A stretch of DNA of 64,000 bases, taken from positions 480,001-544,000 of the forward strand of contig JBHLNF010000001.1 of NCBI GenBank assembly GCA_048937405.1. The letters are read 5' to 3'. The translations under genes and the position numbers were made by a program. Below, piece after piece: positions 38,489-48,583 of the stretch (the stretch's first letter is position 1; each line of letters starts with the position of its first letter). Source of the stretch: Promethearchaeota archaeon (GTDB lineage: Archaea > Asgardarchaeota > Lokiarchaeia > Sigyniarchaeales > SOKP01). Below the pieces are notes generated by a model. It did no database searches. It saw only the letters and a program-made list of their open reading frames with translations, and was not told the DNA's origin.

Positions 38489-40396
38489 TTATGAAAGATC
38501 AAATGCAAATATAAGTACTCCTTCCTCAATTCTCTTGAGTTTTAGCAAATACCCAGAGCTATTAATAATATGAATCATTGGTTTATTTTCAAGTAAAATT
38601 GAACCTGTAAAAGTCCTATAATTAAGCTCTTTTCCAATTTGTACCAAATAATTCAATAGAAATTTAGAGATCCCTAATCCTCTCCAATCTTTATGGATTA
38701 CAAAAGCAAGTTCAGCAATAGAAGGGTGAATTGTTTTGAAAAAAGCACCCAACCCAATAATTTGATCTTCACCTTCATCATTAAATTCACAAACCAAAAT
38801 CATATCCGTTGAATAATCTATATTTACCATAGGTTGAATTTTTTTATGACTAAAATCTTTCATAGGAGTAAAAAATCTTAAATATCTATCTTGTTCGTCT
38901 AAAGAATAATGAAGTTCTTGAATCAATCTTTCATCTGTAGTTTTTACAGGACGGATTTTAATTGTTTTTCCATTCTTTAGATTTAAAAAAGTCTCATATT
39001 TTTCAGGATAGATACTTATTCTCCCATCAATCGAGATTGGTAACTTTTGGTCTGAATATACATATTTCCATTTTTTTGCATGTTCGAGTAACTCTTCTCT
39101 AAAATCAGGATGGGCTATGTTTATCATTTCAAGAACTCTTTCTCGGATATTTTTTCCATAGAGATAAGCAATACCCCATTCAGTAACAACATAATGAATA
39201 TCTCCTCTTGTAATTACCACACCTGAACCTGGTTGAAAATAAGGAACGATTCGAGATACTATTGTTCCATCTTTAAGTGTAGCAGTCGATGGTAGAGTCA
39301 TTATTGGTTTTCCTTCTATAGATCTGCCTGCTCCTCTTACAAAATCCACTTGTCCTCCAATTCCGCTATAAAAACGATGTCCTAAAGAGTCTGAATTTAC
39401 TTGCCCAGTTAAATCAATACTTAATGCCGCATTTATTGCAACTTGTTTTTTATTTTGACTTATAATAGAAGGGTCATTTGTATATTCACATGGATGAAAT
39501 TCCACCATCGGATTATCATCAACAAAATGATATAGCCTTTTAGAACCCATAACAAATGAGCATATAATCTTATCTTTATGTAAAGTCTTTTTTTTGCAAG
39601 TAACTACACCATTTTCTACTAAATCTACAATTCCATCTGAAAATACTTCACTGTGAACACCTAAATCTTTTTTTTCCATTAATTGTTGTGTAACTGCATT
39701 AGGAATTTGTCCTATTCCCATTTGAATAGTAGATTCATCTTCAACAAGGGAAGAAACAAATTTAGCGATTCTTCTAGATGTCTCATCAAGTTCACCATAA
39801 TTGAATTCAATAATTTCATGTTCACTTAATACAAATGCATCTATGTCATTCATATGAATAAAAGAATCACCTAAAGTGCGGGGCATTTTGGGATTAATTT
39901 CTGCCACTACATAATCTGCTGATTCTGCAATTGGTTTAACAATATCAACATTTATACCAAAACTACAAAATCCATAACGATCTGGTGGACTTACTTGGAT
40001 TAATGCAGTATCTAAATGCATTCTTCCAGATTTGAATAATTTTGGAATTTCTGAAAGAAGCATGGGAGTATAATCGGCTTGTCCAGTCTCAATATATTTT
40101 CGTAGTGATTTTCCAATGAAAAATGCATTATGTCTGAACAAATCTTCTATACCACCAGCAGTTTCATAGTAATCTAAATCACTTAGACTAAGAAAGTGTA
40201 ATATCTCAACATCTGGAAGTTCTAATCCAAGATCAATTAATTTTTTGGTAAGATCAATAGGTTCAGAACAACCAGAATCGATAAATATCCGAACACCTGG
40301 CTTAATATACTTTTTAATTGCATCATCTAAAGATACCTTTTTCTCTTGATATTGCTTTAAAAAATTAGTAGTATCTTGATTAGATTTATATGACAA
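38489..40396 (-). CDS. Acetyl-CoA hydrolase / 4-hydroxybutyrate CoA-transferase fused to a C-terminal GNAT domain
   Basis: QMGIGQIP, LGVHSE, SGIGGQVDF, VVTEWG; GNAT part YLRFF..., AELAFVIHKDWRGLGI. Confidence 0.9.
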   Translation of the reverse strand: MSYKSNQDTTNFLKQYQEKKVSLDDAIKKYIKPGVRIFIDSGCSEPIDLTKKLIDLGLELPDVEILHFLSLSDLDYYETAGGIEDLFRHNAFFIGKSLRKYIETGQADYTPMLLSEIPKLFKSGRMHLDTALIQVSPPDRYGFCSFGINVDIVKPIAESADYVVAEINPKMPRTLGDSFIHMNDIDAFVLSEHEIIEFNYGELDETSRRIAKFVSSLVEDESTIQMGIGQIPNAVTQQLMEKKDLGVHSEVFSDGIVDLVENGVVTCKKKTLHKDKIICSFVMGSKRLYHFVDDNPMVEFHPCEYTNDPSIISQNKKQVAINAALSIDLTGQVNSDSLGHRFYSGIGGQVDFVRGAGRSIEGKPIMTLPSTATLKDGTIVSRIVPYFQPGSGVVITRGDIHYVVTEWGIAYLYGKNIRERVLEMINIAHPDFREELLEHAKKWKYVYSDQKLPISIDGRISIYPEKYETFLNLKNGKTIKIRPVKTTDERLIQELHYSLDEQDRYLRFFTPMKDFSHKKIQPMVNIDYSTDMILVCEFNDEGEDQIIGLGAFFKTIHPSIAELAFVIHKDWRGLGISKFLLNYLVQIGKELNYRTFTGSILLENKPMIHIINSSGYLLKLKRIEEGVLIFAFDLS

Positions 40397-40663
40397 AAGA
40401 CCACCTTACAAATTTTAAATTTGATTAACGTAATTTTTATAGAATTTTAAATATTTATTTAATCCAAATAAACCATTCATTTTAGAGAGAAACATCAATA
40501 TATTGATTTTATAATATTTTTTAATTTTTATCATTAATTTTAATTAGTAACTATTGGTTTATGTAGGACTAAATTGTATTTTTGACATAAATAAACAATA
40601 ATAAATATTTAATTTCTTTCTAGAACTTATATTTTTATAAAAAAAGATTTTCCTCGATTTTAT

Positions 40664-41002
40664 ATGGCAAAAGATAAAGTTGATATTGAAGATTTAGAAG
40701 CTTTCATCGATGGTTTAAAGGATTCATTTGATACATTAGAACATATAGATCCTTCTCAAATAAAAGGATTTCAATCACAAATGGCAAAAGCAATTTCAGA
40801 TTTAAGATCAAAACGAGCAGCAATAATCGAACCACTCCCAGAACATATAGGGCATTTTACTAGATTAGACCTTAAAAATCTATTATTAAAGGAATTAGAA
40901 TCTTTACAGAACCATTTAGATTCAGCAGATTACAATTATAGAAAAAAATTTGAATTAGTAAAAAAAATTACTCTACTACGGGAGCAAGTAAATAGTATGT
41001 AG
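40664..41002 (+). CDS. Hypothetical protein
   Basis: 112-aa helical ORF upstream of tatD. Confidence 0.65.
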   Translation: MAKDKVDIEDLEAFIDGLKDSFDTLEHIDPSQIKGFQSQMAKAISDLRSKRAAIIEPLPEHIGHFTRLDLKNLLLKELESLQNHLDSADYNYRKKFELVKKITLLREQVNSM

Positions 41003-41046
41003 CTTTCCTACTGTTTTTTTTTAAGGCTTTTTTGAGGGTTTATAGA

Positions 41047-41802
41047 ATGTTAATAGATATCCATTGTCATGCTAATCTCTATTTGGTAATTGATGAGATT
41101 ATCAAGGAAGCAAAAAATGCTGGAATTGGAAAAATTATCTCTGTTGGAATGAGTGTAATTAGTTTAGAACGGATTTTAGAGATCTCTGATAAATATGATA
41201 TTATATATCCCGCATTAGGAATTCATCCTGAAGAAGTAAAAATAAATAAAGATTTAGATAAACAATTGGATTCAGTAATTGATATAATTAGGAAAAATAA
41301 AGAAAAAGTTTGTGCTATAGGAGAAATTGGTTTAGATCATCACTTTATTAAAGAAACTGAGTTATATCCATTTCAAAAGATAGTTTTTGAAAAAATGCTA
41401 TCATTAGCACAAGAATTAGAGTTACCTGTGAATCTACATACTAAAGGTGCTGAAAAAATTGTTTTTGATATTTTACCATCATACTCCATTCCAAATATAA
41501 ATATTCATTGGTATTCTGGACCTGAACAATATTTAAATACTGGAATAGACAGAGGTTATTATTTTTCAATTACTCCAGCAATAAACTATTCCCCTGCAAT
41601 AAAAAAAACTGTTTTAAAAGTTGAAAAAGAATTTATTTTGCTTGAAAGTGATGGTCCTGTTAAATATTCAGGAGAAATTGGTACTCCTGCAATGATTCGA
41701 GAAGTTTTAAATACAATCTCAAAAATAAAAAAAATAGATTCTAAAGAATTAGAAATACAAATCGAGGATAATACAAATACTATATTTCCTAAGATTTTCT
41801 AA
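41047..41802 (+). CDS. tatD: TatD-family nuclease
   Basis: IDIHCH, GIHP, IGEIGLD, LH, IHW, LESDGP. Likely start is the ATG at 41047. Confidence 0.92.
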   Translation: MLIDIHCHANLYLVIDEIIKEAKNAGIGKIISVGMSVISLERILEISDKYDIIYPALGIHPEEVKINKDLDKQLDSVIDIIRKNKEKVCAIGEIGLDHHFIKETELYPFQKIVFEKMLSLAQELELPVNLHTKGAEKIVFDILPSYSIPNINIHWYSGPEQYLNTGIDRGYYFSITPAINYSPAIKKTVLKVEKEFILLESDGPVKYSGEIGTPAMIREVLNTISKIKKIDSKELEIQIEDNTNTIFPKIF

Positions 41803-41817
41803 TAAACATTGAAAAAG

Positions 41818-42819
41818 TTATTTCATTAAATCCACAATTTCTGGAGGAAATTCCTCTCCCTTGCTTTTCATACGCTCTAACATATCTTTTAGCTCTGAGA
41901 TTGTATTTCCATAAATATGAAGTGAATTACTAAAATCCAAATAATGACCAATTTCAACTCCTAATTTTTCAGCAACAAATTTTTGAATTCTAATCATCCC
42001 ATTTACATTAGCTTCCCAAGCTCTAAATAAGTCTCTACTTCTCCATGTTGTCTGCATTAATAACTTCCCTTCTTTTATACGCATATAAATGCGCTGTAAA
42101 CAAGGGGGATCTGCATGATATGGATCTACTAGTGGTCTCCATGTTATAGCTTGCGCTCGGCGACTATATGGTTTTTCCATTAATTTCTGTATAATATATT
42201 CGATTTGATTAATTCTGGGAAAATCAAGAATACCTAAGGGAATTCTTTTCATTCCCAATTTTTCTGAAATTTTTTTATCTAATTCAAATTCTACACCATT
42301 TTTAAGTTTCCAAACAACTTTATCTTCTGTGGTTTCGATCATTTTTGCATTAATTAACTTCTGATGGTTTTTAACAAATTCAGTATCAATAAATGATAAA
42401 TCATAGTATTTATGAATAGTATCCTCGAGAGAGAATGGACTATAGTTAAAAACTCTATCGTGATAAGAATATGGAAAACTTACTCCAGAATCATGTAAGA
42501 AATGATCATTCACCCCATTTAAAATTTCTTCAATATAACCGCTTTGAATTGACCCAATTAAATACGTATCAGCCATGCAACCATAAATTTCATAAGAATT
42601 TCCATACTTTGATTTAATTTTTATTGTTTTTTCCTTCCGCATTATAGGATTACTAAATGGTTTTTTAATCTCAATTAAAACGGAAGCATCCTTAGAAGGA
42701 GGATCTTCAGGTTTGTCATACTCGGTTTTAATATCATCTCCATTATATAATACTTGACCTACAGCAGACAACCAAGCATCTCGAACATTTTTTTTTGAAA
42801 TAAAAAAAACTTTTGCCAT
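41818..42819 (-). CDS. thyA: Archaeal-type thymidylate synthase with an internal insertion
   Basis: YSYHDR, SRRAQAITW, DPPCLQ, RSRD..AW.AN and SLHIY motifs. Confidence 0.85.
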   Translation of the reverse strand: MAKVFFISKKNVRDAWLSAVGQVLYNGDDIKTEYDKPEDPPSKDASVLIEIKKPFSNPIMRKEKTIKIKSKYGNSYEIYGCMADTYLIGSIQSGYIEEILNGVNDHFLHDSGVSFPYSYHDRVFNYSPFSLEDTIHKYYDLSFIDTEFVKNHQKLINAKMIETTEDKVVWKLKNGVEFELDKKISEKLGMKRIPLGILDFPRINQIEYIIQKLMEKPYSRRAQAITWRPLVDPYHADPPCLQRIYMRIKEGKLLMQTTWRSRDLFRAWEANVNGMIRIQKFVAEKLGVEIGHYLDFSNSLHIYGNTISELKDMLERMKSKGEEFPPEIVDLMK

Positions 42820-43110
42820 TTTTGAACAATAGGTAAAGAATATTTTTGTATTTATTAATAGGGATATTTACAATTGTAGTATTAGAATATATTTGTTAAA
42901 AATTTAATAAATCATTACCGAGATTATTGAATTTTTAATTTGATTTATTCCATTTTTGTTAATAAAAATGGTTTTAGATTTTCAAAACATTTATTAAACC
43001 CGAATTTACATTATCTTAATATAAAAATATACTTATATTTTACCAGAATTTATTTTAAAGATAAAAAATAAGTATTACAAAATTATAAACAGACAATAGG
43101 GTTAAATATA

Positions 43111-43311
43111 ATGGGTGACGACGAGGAAAAAAAGAAAAAAGGCAAAATGGGAAAGAAAATAAAGAAAGGTTTTGCAAAGGGTTTAGGAAAACTAGTGGAA
43201 GGAGTTACTGGATCAGAAGCTGCAGGCAAAGGAGTAAAAAAGGCTGTAAAATCTGGGAGCTTAAAGAAAGGGATTAAGAAAGGAATGAAAGAAGCAAAAG
43301 AAGACGATTAG
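43111..43311 (+). CDS. Small Lys/Gly-rich amphipathic protein
   Basis: 66-aa purine-rich ORF with its own intergenic regions and a T-rich tail. Confidence 0.7.
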   Translation: MGDDEEKKKKGKMGKKIKKGFAKGLGKLVEGVTGSEAAGKGVKKAVKSGSLKKGIKKGMKEAKEDD

Positions 43312-43431
43312 ACGAAAATTGAAAATTATACTTCTTATCTAAACTTTTTATTTTTTATTATAATCATGTTTTTAATTCTTTTATCATATTTAATTTATAG
43401 AAAATATTAAAAGTAGAGTGGATCTTTAAAA

Positions 43432-43722
43432 ATGAGGTTAAATCTCGAATTTTCTCCTCCCTTTAACGAAGTTACTCAAAAATTATTTGAAGTTTTTGAA
43501 TTCGATAAAGAATTGACTATTAATGAATTATTAGACTTTTTTGATCAGAAATATGGAAAAAAATTTACCGAACTAGTCTGGGAAAATGGAGAGCAGGGTA
43601 ATTTTCATAAACTACTTTCAATTATTATCAATGGAAGGAGTTATCGTGATGATAACTTTTTAAAAACAATACTAAAGGATGGAGATCAAATTGTTTTCAT
43701 TTATATATATTTTGGAGGGTAA
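43432..43722 (+). CDS. Ubiquitin-like MoaD/ThiS/SAMP (Urm1-like) protein
   Basis: Beta-grasp pattern, IIING...LKDGD.I, C-terminal GG. Confidence 0.88.
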   Translation: MRLNLEFSPPFNEVTQKLFEVFEFDKELTINELLDFFDQKYGKKFTELVWENGEQGNFHKLLSIIINGRSYRDDNFLKTILKDGDQIVFIYIYFGG

Positions 43723-43765
43723 CTATTTTTAATTTTTTACTAACATTCTTTAACCTTTAATAACT

Positions 43766-44809
43766 CTATATCAAAAATATTACCCATATTCCAAATCCAG
43801 TCAACAAGGGATTTAAAATATTATCAGAAATATTTTGTGTAAATGCATCAACTAATAAAAATAAGATAGTGGCAACCAAACTCATCAAAAATATTTTTTC
43901 AATACCTACTTGTAACCAAGGATAATATATTATAGAAATTAAAATCACTATTATAAAAGTAGTAAAACCACCTGCTATAAAACCCTCAACTGTTTTTTTT
44001 GAATTTGTTTTCAGGTGGTGTCTTCCATATTTTTTCCCGATTAAACACGCTATAGCATCTGCACCTGTAGTTATTAATGCAACCGAAGCGAAAATAGGAA
44101 AAGGTGCAAAAAGGAATGGAATGAATGATAACACTAAAGGTGTGGAGGCAATAAATGTATATAGTTCATTTTGTTTCATATCTCGGTACCACCGTTTAGC
44201 CCAATTAGGAAGCATATAAAATTTATTTAATCGCGCTAAATCAGCAACTTGAAACATTATAACAAAACCAAATCCTGTAGTAACTATCAGCCAATAAGAA
44301 AAACTATAATTATCTAATCCCCATTGAGATAAAACACCCAAATTATTGAGGATTGTTCCTAATGTCCAAAAGAAAAAAATTACAAAACAAGTAAATAGGT
44401 GTAATAATTTACGACCAATTTCAGATTTTAGATTATCTTCCCAATTATCATTAAATTCTTCACAAAATTTATCATAATCCCTTTCAGCCATAATTATAGG
44501 ATTCCTTTTTGAAATAATAGTATTATATATTAATGTTAGAAACCATATACTCATTTCAACTAAAAATAAGGCAGATGTAAATATCCATAAATTATTTAAT
44601 GAACCTTGATTTAAATTTGGGGTATGAAAACTATAGATATAGGGATATAAAATTCCCGCTAATAAAAATAATGAAGCAATAAGTAGTTCATTAGTAAATA
44701 AGTGATTTTCAATCTTTACTTTTCGATTTTTTATAGTATATATCAATGTTAAAATAAAATATCCAATGAAAATTATGCTTGTTGGCAAAAAATACATATT
44801 GTTAACCAT
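43766..44809 (-). CDS. CTP-dependent polyprenol/diacylglycerol kinase family (SEC59/DGK1/phytol kinase-like)
   Basis: RKLLH, ADAIACLIGKKYG, KTVEG, SDNILNP. Confidence 0.82.
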   Translation of the reverse strand: MVNNMYFLPTSIIFIGYFILTLIYTIKNRKVKIENHLFTNELLIASLFLLAGILYPYIYSFHTPNLNQGSLNNLWIFTSALFLVEMSIWFLTLIYNTIISKRNPIIMAERDYDKFCEEFNDNWEDNLKSEIGRKLLHLFTCFVIFFFWTLGTILNNLGVLSQWGLDNYSFSYWLIVTTGFGFVIMFQVADLARLNKFYMLPNWAKRWYRDMKQNELYTFIASTPLVLSFIPFLFAPFPIFASVALITTGADAIACLIGKKYGRHHLKTNSKKTVEGFIAGGFTTFIIVILISIIYYPWLQVGIEKIFLMSLVATILFLLVDAFTQNISDNILNPLLTGFGIWVIFLI

Positions 44810-44861
44810 TAAAGCTGTATAATTTAAAAATTTTTACTAACTTAAAATAAGCTTTTAGGGT

Positions 44862-45965
44862 TTAAAGCCATTGAGCAATAACTGAAAAATAGTCAAAATT
44901 GAAAAAAAATCTAATGAATACAAATAACATGCTTAATCCAATTGGGACTAAAAGATTATCTGATATATTGATTGGTTTGTTTGTTAAAATGTCAAACCCT
45001 AAAAAAATAATACTAAAGATTAAAGACCAAAATAAACCTACAAAAAAAAAACTAATAATAAAAGTTGTAATTGTTCCTGCTATAGTTCCCTCCCAAGTTT
45101 TATCTTGGTTCCAAGAAATGTGTTTTTTTCCCATTCTAATACCAATCTGACTTGTCATCAAATCGCTAATAGAACTTATTCCCAAAATCGCAAGAAATAC
45201 CATTGGAGGACAAATAAAGGCAGCAAACATATGACCAATTGTAAAATATAGATATGTCCCAAAATTCTCCTGTTCCTCCTTTGAAAGATAAACTTTAGAA
45301 AAATAATTAAAAGGGAAAGAAATAAAACGAGATTTTCTTGTAAACTCATTAGCTAGCATAAATAAACTTAAAATATAAAAAGTAATAAATAATAGATAAT
45401 AAAACCATCCTAATGAAAAAAGAATATCCGCAATTGAGTTTGGGGTACTTAAAATTTTGAAATATAAATAAAGCATATTATTTTCCTCAGGAATCATTCC
45501 TTTTGAACTGCCAGTAAAATAGTTAGCGAGTGCTAGACCAATAAACCATATAATTAGAAAACAAATAAAAATTAAAACATGATTAGATTTCCGAAGGATG
45601 TCTTTCTTATATTTACTCAAATTAGCATTTTTACTAATTTTTTTGTTTTTATATTCAGATATATCTATTTTAAATAATTTTTTGATTAAATTTAATAATC
45701 CTGTACTAAAAATAATTAAGATACCGACAGTTAATAGGGGAATCCCAAATATAAATAACCAAAAAGGTACAAAAAACGGATGGAGAACCGGATCTTGATA
45801 CATTAGAATCAGTATAATAGATATATTAAAAAAAACAAAAAATATGGAACCAAATCCAAGAAAATTGTTTAAAAAATCAGGTTTATATGCAAATTTTAAA
45901 TAACTAAAAAGAATAAAAAAGAAAGAATAAATAATTAATAGATAACAAATAAGAAAGTATTCCAT
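44862..45965 (-). CDS. CTP-dependent polyprenol/diacylglycerol kinase family (second paralog)
   Basis: RKSNH, SDLMTSQIG..MG, KTWEG, SDNLLVP. Confidence 0.82.
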   Translation of the reverse strand: MEYFLICYLLIIYSFFFILFSYLKFAYKPDFLNNFLGFGSIFFVFFNISIILILMYQDPVLHPFFVPFWLFIFGIPLLTVGILIIFSTGLLNLIKKLFKIDISEYKNKKISKNANLSKYKKDILRKSNHVLIFICFLIIWFIGLALANYFTGSSKGMIPEENNMLYLYFKILSTPNSIADILFSLGWFYYLLFITFYILSLFMLANEFTRKSRFISFPFNYFSKVYLSKEEQENFGTYLYFTIGHMFAAFICPPMVFLAILGISSISDLMTSQIGIRMGKKHISWNQDKTWEGTIAGTITTFIISFFFVGLFWSLIFSIIFLGFDILTNKPINISDNLLVPIGLSMLFVFIRFFFNFDYFSVIAQWL

Positions 45966-46128
45966 AATTTAGATAATCTAATTAATAATTTTGGGATATT
46001 TGGTTATAAAAATTAATTAAATATATTTGTTTCTAAGATAAATAAAATTTTAATATTAAATAAAATTGAATACAAAAATTTACTAAAATAATGAACTTAA
46101 TTTAATGTAATTATCAATCTTCAAAAAC

Positions 46129-46737
46129 GTGGTTATAATTTTAAATAAAATTATCTTAGCTTCAAAATCAATTGATCGTAGTGAAATGCTTAAACGTGCT
46201 GGGATTCCATTTGAAGTATTTGTTACTAATATTGAGGAAGAGAAGTTCAAAACAAAAATTTCAAATGCAGTTGAACTTGTAAAAGAACTTGCAAAAGCAA
46301 AATTGATATATGCAAAAAATGAATTGAAGAAGAAGAAAATAGATGTAATTATCATTGCAGCAGATACTATCGTACTAATTAATGGAGAAATAATCGGAAA
46401 AGCTCATACTGAAGAACAGGCATTCAATATTCTCAAAAAATTAGTAGGAAAATCACATAAGCTTATTACAGCAATCGCTATCACTGATATACAAAGCTCT
46501 AATTTTATATTGGATTCAGATACTACAATTGTTGAATTTATTGAGCTTTCTGATGAAGAAATATGGCATTATATCAAAACTGATGAATGGAAGGGAAGAG
46601 CTGGAGCTTATTCAATAATGGATAAAGCAAGCTTGTTTATAAGCAAAATTAATGGTTCTACTTCCAATGTTATAGGCTTACCACTACATAAAATTTATCA
46701 AATTTTAAGAAGAGAATTTGGATTAAATTTATTGTAA
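46129..46737 (+). CDS. maf: Maf-family nucleoside triphosphate pyrophosphatase
   Basis: IILASKS..R, AADTIV, IIGK, RAGAY, NVIGLP. Confidence 0.93.
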   Translation: MVIILNKIILASKSIDRSEMLKRAGIPFEVFVTNIEEEKFKTKISNAVELVKELAKAKLIYAKNELKKKKIDVIIIAADTIVLINGEIIGKAHTEEQAFNILKKLVGKSHKLITAIAITDIQSSNFILDSDTTIVEFIELSDEEIWHYIKTDEWKGRAGAYSIMDKASLFISKINGSTSNVIGLPLHKIYQILRREFGLNLL

Positions 46738-46867
46738 TCTAAGAAAATATATTATTAAGGAAACAGATAATCTAGGTTAAGTAGCTGAAAGTGAATTAGA
46801 ATCATTAATTAATATATATTTGAATAATATTATAGATTTGAAGAAAGCAAAATATTTACATTCAAAC

Positions 46868-47032
46868 TTATGTGAATTCTTTCCAAGTTTTTAAATTTTC
46901 ATAAAACCTTAATATTTTTTCAAATTTGGATATCAAATTATTGTAATAACCTTGGTCAGCATATTTTCTTTTAGATAACTCTTTCGCAGCAATGATTCCG
47001 TTTTTATATCTGGTTATTTTTTCTTCAATCAC
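46868..47032 (-). CDS. Small hypothetical protein (54 aa)
   Basis: GTG start: MIEEKITRYKNGIIAAKELSKRKYADQGYYNNLISKFEKILRFYENLKTWKEFT; fills the gap after the DUF1028 gene; below the ORF-track cutoff. Confidence 0.5.
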   Translation of the reverse strand: MIEEKITRYKNGIIAAKELSKRKYADQGYYNNLISKFEKILRFYENLKTWKEFT

Positions 47033-47115
47033 ATTTTTCGTTCAATAACAATATTATTTAAAACCTAAAAATATCGTGATAATATCATGCTTTTATGATT
47101 TAATTTTAGGTAATG

Positions 47116-48060
47116 CTATTCTAATGATAAAATTTGTTTCAGTTCATCATTATTTAGATCTAATAATTCTGAATGGGGGAGCCTTTCTGTAAGAATACGC
47201 CAATTTCTATCTTCCTTGAAAACTTCTTTAAACAACTCTATCGCCTCATTCATTCTTTTCTGATTAGCTAAAGAGACAGCCACCCAAAATTTCAATTCTA
47301 GATTTTCTGGGAGCATTTTCTGAGCAGTATCATATTCTTTAAATGCAATATCTATATCACCTTTTTCTAAAGCAAGATCCCCATTATTCGTATGCTCATA
47401 TGCGCGATAAACTTTTAATAATCTGTTAAGCTCTTTTAATGGTTCTATGTGATCCTCTACTCTAAGATCGATAAGTGGGTCTTCCCATTTATTTTCCGTT
47501 GATTCACCAGCAACAATCAATAAAGCAGCAGACTGCTTTCCTCTCATATCTCCACCAACTGATTCTGCAGCTTCTAAACTTTTAATAATTCGCTCTGGTA
47601 ATGGTAGATTCTCACTTTTTTCATAAACTTCTGCCATAACTGGCCATACTTTGTCAGAAAGCATTAAATTTGCTTGAACAGAAAAATTATTTCCTAACTT
47701 GTGCCCAGCATGCTTAATACACTTTGATCCTGTATGGGTAGCTACCCTCCCTTGAGTATCCAGAATAGAAACCTGCCTTACATCTCTCCCTTCATCATCT
47801 GAGAGTAATATTTCTATAGCCTCTTGAGGTGTTTTTCCTTTTTTTAAAAGATCAAGCCCTCGTAATCCAAAAGACTTATTTACAAATGATTGCGTAGCAA
47901 CAACCCCAATTCCTGCCTCTCCCCACGAGACAACACTCCCAACAGAAAACCAATGGCTCTGTACTCCAACTCCCATCTCTCCTGTTTGAGGGTCTCTTGC
48001 AACAATAGAATATGTATGGGCAAAAACATTATTATTCGTTTGATTGTACTTTAAGCTCAT
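47116..48060 (-). CDS. DUF1028 (Ntn-hydrolase-like) protein with C-terminal TPR-like repeat
   Basis: HTYSIVARDP.TGEMGVGVQS, VATQS, GGD.RGKQSAAL, DLRVEDH. Confidence 0.88.
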   Translation of the reverse strand: MSLKYNQTNNNVFAHTYSIVARDPQTGEMGVGVQSHWFSVGSVVSWGEAGIGVVATQSFVNKSFGLRGLDLLKKGKTPQEAIEILLSDDEGRDVRQVSILDTQGRVATHTGSKCIKHAGHKLGNNFSVQANLMLSDKVWPVMAEVYEKSENLPLPERIIKSLEAAESVGGDMRGKQSAALLIVAGESTENKWEDPLIDLRVEDHIEPLKELNRLLKVYRAYEHTNNGDLALEKGDIDIAFKEYDTAQKMLPENLELKFWVAVSLANQKRMNEAIELFKEVFKEDRNWRILTERLPHSELLDLNNDELKQILSLE

Positions 48061-48202
48061 AATTATAAAATTGGATTAAATGTTAAATAAAGATTTATAA
48101 TCCCCTTTATAATGCTTTCAATATTTCAGAAAAGAAAATATTAAATGCTTTTATTATTTAGAATCTTAATAAAAAATATTCACTAAAAAAAGATGATAAA
48201 AC

Positions 48203-48538
48203 ATGACAAGGAAGTACAAAAATGAAAATTTACTACAAATATTGGTAATACTAGGCGCATTTATAGGACTAGTATCGCTAATTTTATATCTTGCAAGAAT
48301 GGAAAATTATGGTTTTGTTGATCCTTTAGTAGCTTTAAATAGAGTCCTAATTTTCATTGTTGGTTTAGTTATTGTAGTAATAACATTTATAACAGGATTT
48401 AGACCAAATGATCCAATCCCATTTCATTGGCTTACTTTTCTCATTTTAGCAATTTTGCTTGTTGTTTTTGGAGCAGGAATTTGGGCATGTGTATTATTGG
48501 TAATTGCGTTTTTAGTCGCATTAATAGAAGAGCTATAA
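48203..48538 (+). CDS. Small membrane protein
   Basis: 3-4 hydrophobic helices in 111 aa. Confidence 0.7.
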   Translation: MTRKYKNENLLQILVILGAFIGLVSLILYLARMENYGFVDPLVALNRVLIFIVGLVIVVITFITGFRPNDPIPFHWLTFLILAILLVVFGAGIWACVLLVIAFLVALIEEL

Positions 48539-48583
48539 ACATCTACAATAAAATATCTTTTTTTTATTTTTAAATTATGGGCG

